NCBI GenBank assembly: GCA_002269645.1
Contig: NIVC01000126.1
Location: 558,001 to 622,000, forward strand
Length of the DNA: 64,000 bases
Direction of reading: 5' to 3'
Source: Macrostomum lignano
Taxonomy: Eukaryota
Part shown: piece after piece, positions 62,521-64,000 of the stretch
Numbering within the stretch: the stretch's first letter is position 1
How the letters are laid out: every line of letters begins with the position of its first letter
The notes under the pieces: model-generated
Database searches by the model: none
What the model saw: the letters and a program-made list of their open reading frames with translations, nothing else
Told to the model about the DNA's origin: nothing
Program-made: the position numbers and the translations under genes

Positions 62521-64000
62521 ATGGTTGCTGCCCCCGTTGCTAGGCAGTTGCTATCCGTTGCAGCGGCAATTCTCATTGTCCAATTGTCCGCTGCATCCCC
62601 GACAACGGGTATTGCAGCTTCATCAACGAAAAGCCATGGCTGCTCGGATGTATCTGGTAGAACTGCTCGTCTCAATTCAATGGTTTTAGCTAGCGAGTGT
62701 AAGTGCCTCTGAGTATTGGCTGCTTGTGTCTGAGAATGTTCTCAATGTTTGTATTATGGACTCTGGAATGCTGTTTGAGTTCTATATGTTATTGCTTTTG
62801 GGAGCATTGATGTTCTTATACAGTTATCTGAAATCTTGCAATGCCAGGTGCTATGATGCTCATTCTAGATAGTCATTCTAGATGGCCACTCCAGATCGTC
62901 ACTTCAGATGGTCACTCTACGAGTAGATGGTCACTCCAGATGGTCACTCCAGATGGTCACTCCAGATGGTCACTCCAGATGGTCACTCCAGATGGTCACT
63001 CTAGATGGCCACTCCAGATGGTCACTCAAGTAGATGATCACTCCAGACAGTCACTCTAGTATCACTCCAGGTGGTCACAATAGATAGTCACACTAGATAG
63101 TTACTCAAGTAGATGGTGACTCGAGGTCGAGTAAATGATCACTCCAGACAGTCACTCTAGTATCACTCCAGGTGGTCACAATAGATAGTCACACCAGATA
63201 GTTACTCAAGTAGATGGTGACTCGAGGTCGAGCAAATGATCACTCCAGATCAGTCACTCCAGATCAATCACACCAAAGAGTCACTCCATCCGTTCCACCG
63301 TTAACTTTTGTTCGCATTCGCAGATGTGGGCGGTTCCCTGATGCCCTACACCAGAGCCACCGTGACCATAGACGGTGTGCCGGGACTGCACCAGGGCACA
63401 GGTCCAGAATTTGTCGGATCAACAGAGCAGCTGACTGGAGACAAAGCTGCAGGCTCCGATGATTTCCTACTGTTATTGAATCTCTCGGGTCTGAGATGCC
63501 TGTGCACTTACAGTTCTGATGGAGCTTTTAGCTACTGTTCCGAGTAAGTAGCGAGATGAAGGGACAGAGATGAAGGGACAGGAGATGAAGGGACAAAGAT
63601 AAAGGGACAAAGATGAAGGGACAAAGATAAAGGGACAAAGATGAAGGGACAAAGATAAAGGGACAAGAGAGGAAGGGACAAAGATAAAGAGACAGATAGG
63701 TGGGGACAGAGATGAAGGGACGAAATATAAAGGGACAAAGATAAAGGGACAAAGATAAAGGGACGAAAGATAATGAGACAAAAATGAAGGGACAAAGATG
63801 AAGGGACGAAATATAAAGAGACAGATAGGTGGGGACAAAGATGAAGGGACGAAAGATATAGGGACAGAGATGAAGGCACAGAGATGAAGGGACATGCTTT
63901 AACTTGCAAGAAATTGGACGAACTAAATTGCAGTTTGTCAACTCCGGAACCGCCTTGGCCAGCCGCTGACAATTGTCAGTGGCATCTGACAAGCGGCGGT
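62521..64000 (+). CDS. Cys-rich surface glycoprotein, copy 4 (exons 1-2 and start of exon 3; runs off the window)
   Basis: Exons 62521-62698, 63324-63543, 63934->end. Confidence 0.78.

Larger units (their letters stand above)
39401..64000 (+). repeat. Large tandem segmental duplication: unit 1 39401-49200, unit 2 49201-58074, unit 3 (truncated) 58075-61828, unit 4 (nested re-start) 61829->64000
   Basis: Identical ORFs at 40470/50364/59237/62206 and 40785/50679/59552/62521. Units 2 and 3 start at CGGCCCGCGGG inside the MITE. Length differences come mostly from VNTR copy number. Confidence 0.95.

Noticed and set aside
1-64000. tRNA, rRNA, snRNA or SL-RNA genes; enrichment of 6-bp palindromes in VNTR units
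   Set aside because: No cloverleaf, T-loop or Sm-site context found by eye (GGTTCGAC near 3790 lacks tRNA stems). About 0.4 six-bp palindromes per 30-bp unit are expected by chance, so the palindromes are not persuasive.

Overview
Eukaryotic (invertebrate) genomic DNA with spliceosomal GT-AG introns. The minisatellite-stuffed introns and TTAGGG-bearing repeats resemble a free-living flatworm such as Macrostomum (inference only). I assembled the genes by hand, checking splice-phase continuity; family assignments come from recalled motifs, not database searches. (1) A ~12-exon minus-strand gene (18061->2592) resembling the sperm-type SLC9C/sNHE exchanger, with a degenerate ion-binding motif and a C-terminal CNBD-like region. 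(2) Intronless-CDS MEIG1 directly upstream on the same strand. (3) A TE-rich, strongly CpG-depleted spacer holding three MITEs with 8-bp TSDs. (4) A 5-exon non-catalytic carboxylesterase/neuroligin-like membrane protein. (5) Mitochondrial ribosomal protein bL32m. (6) An unrecognised 2-TM ORF. (7) From ~39.4 kb to the window end, a tandem amplification (9.8 kb, 8.9 kb, then a nested ~3 kb unit) of an unrecognised 6-exon, 450-aa, Cys-rich, probably GPI- or membrane-anchored glycoprotein gene. Nearly every large intron is filled by its own unrelated minisatellite, and these arrays produce most of the long ORFs in the ORF track. I found no tRNA, rRNA or CRISPR array.
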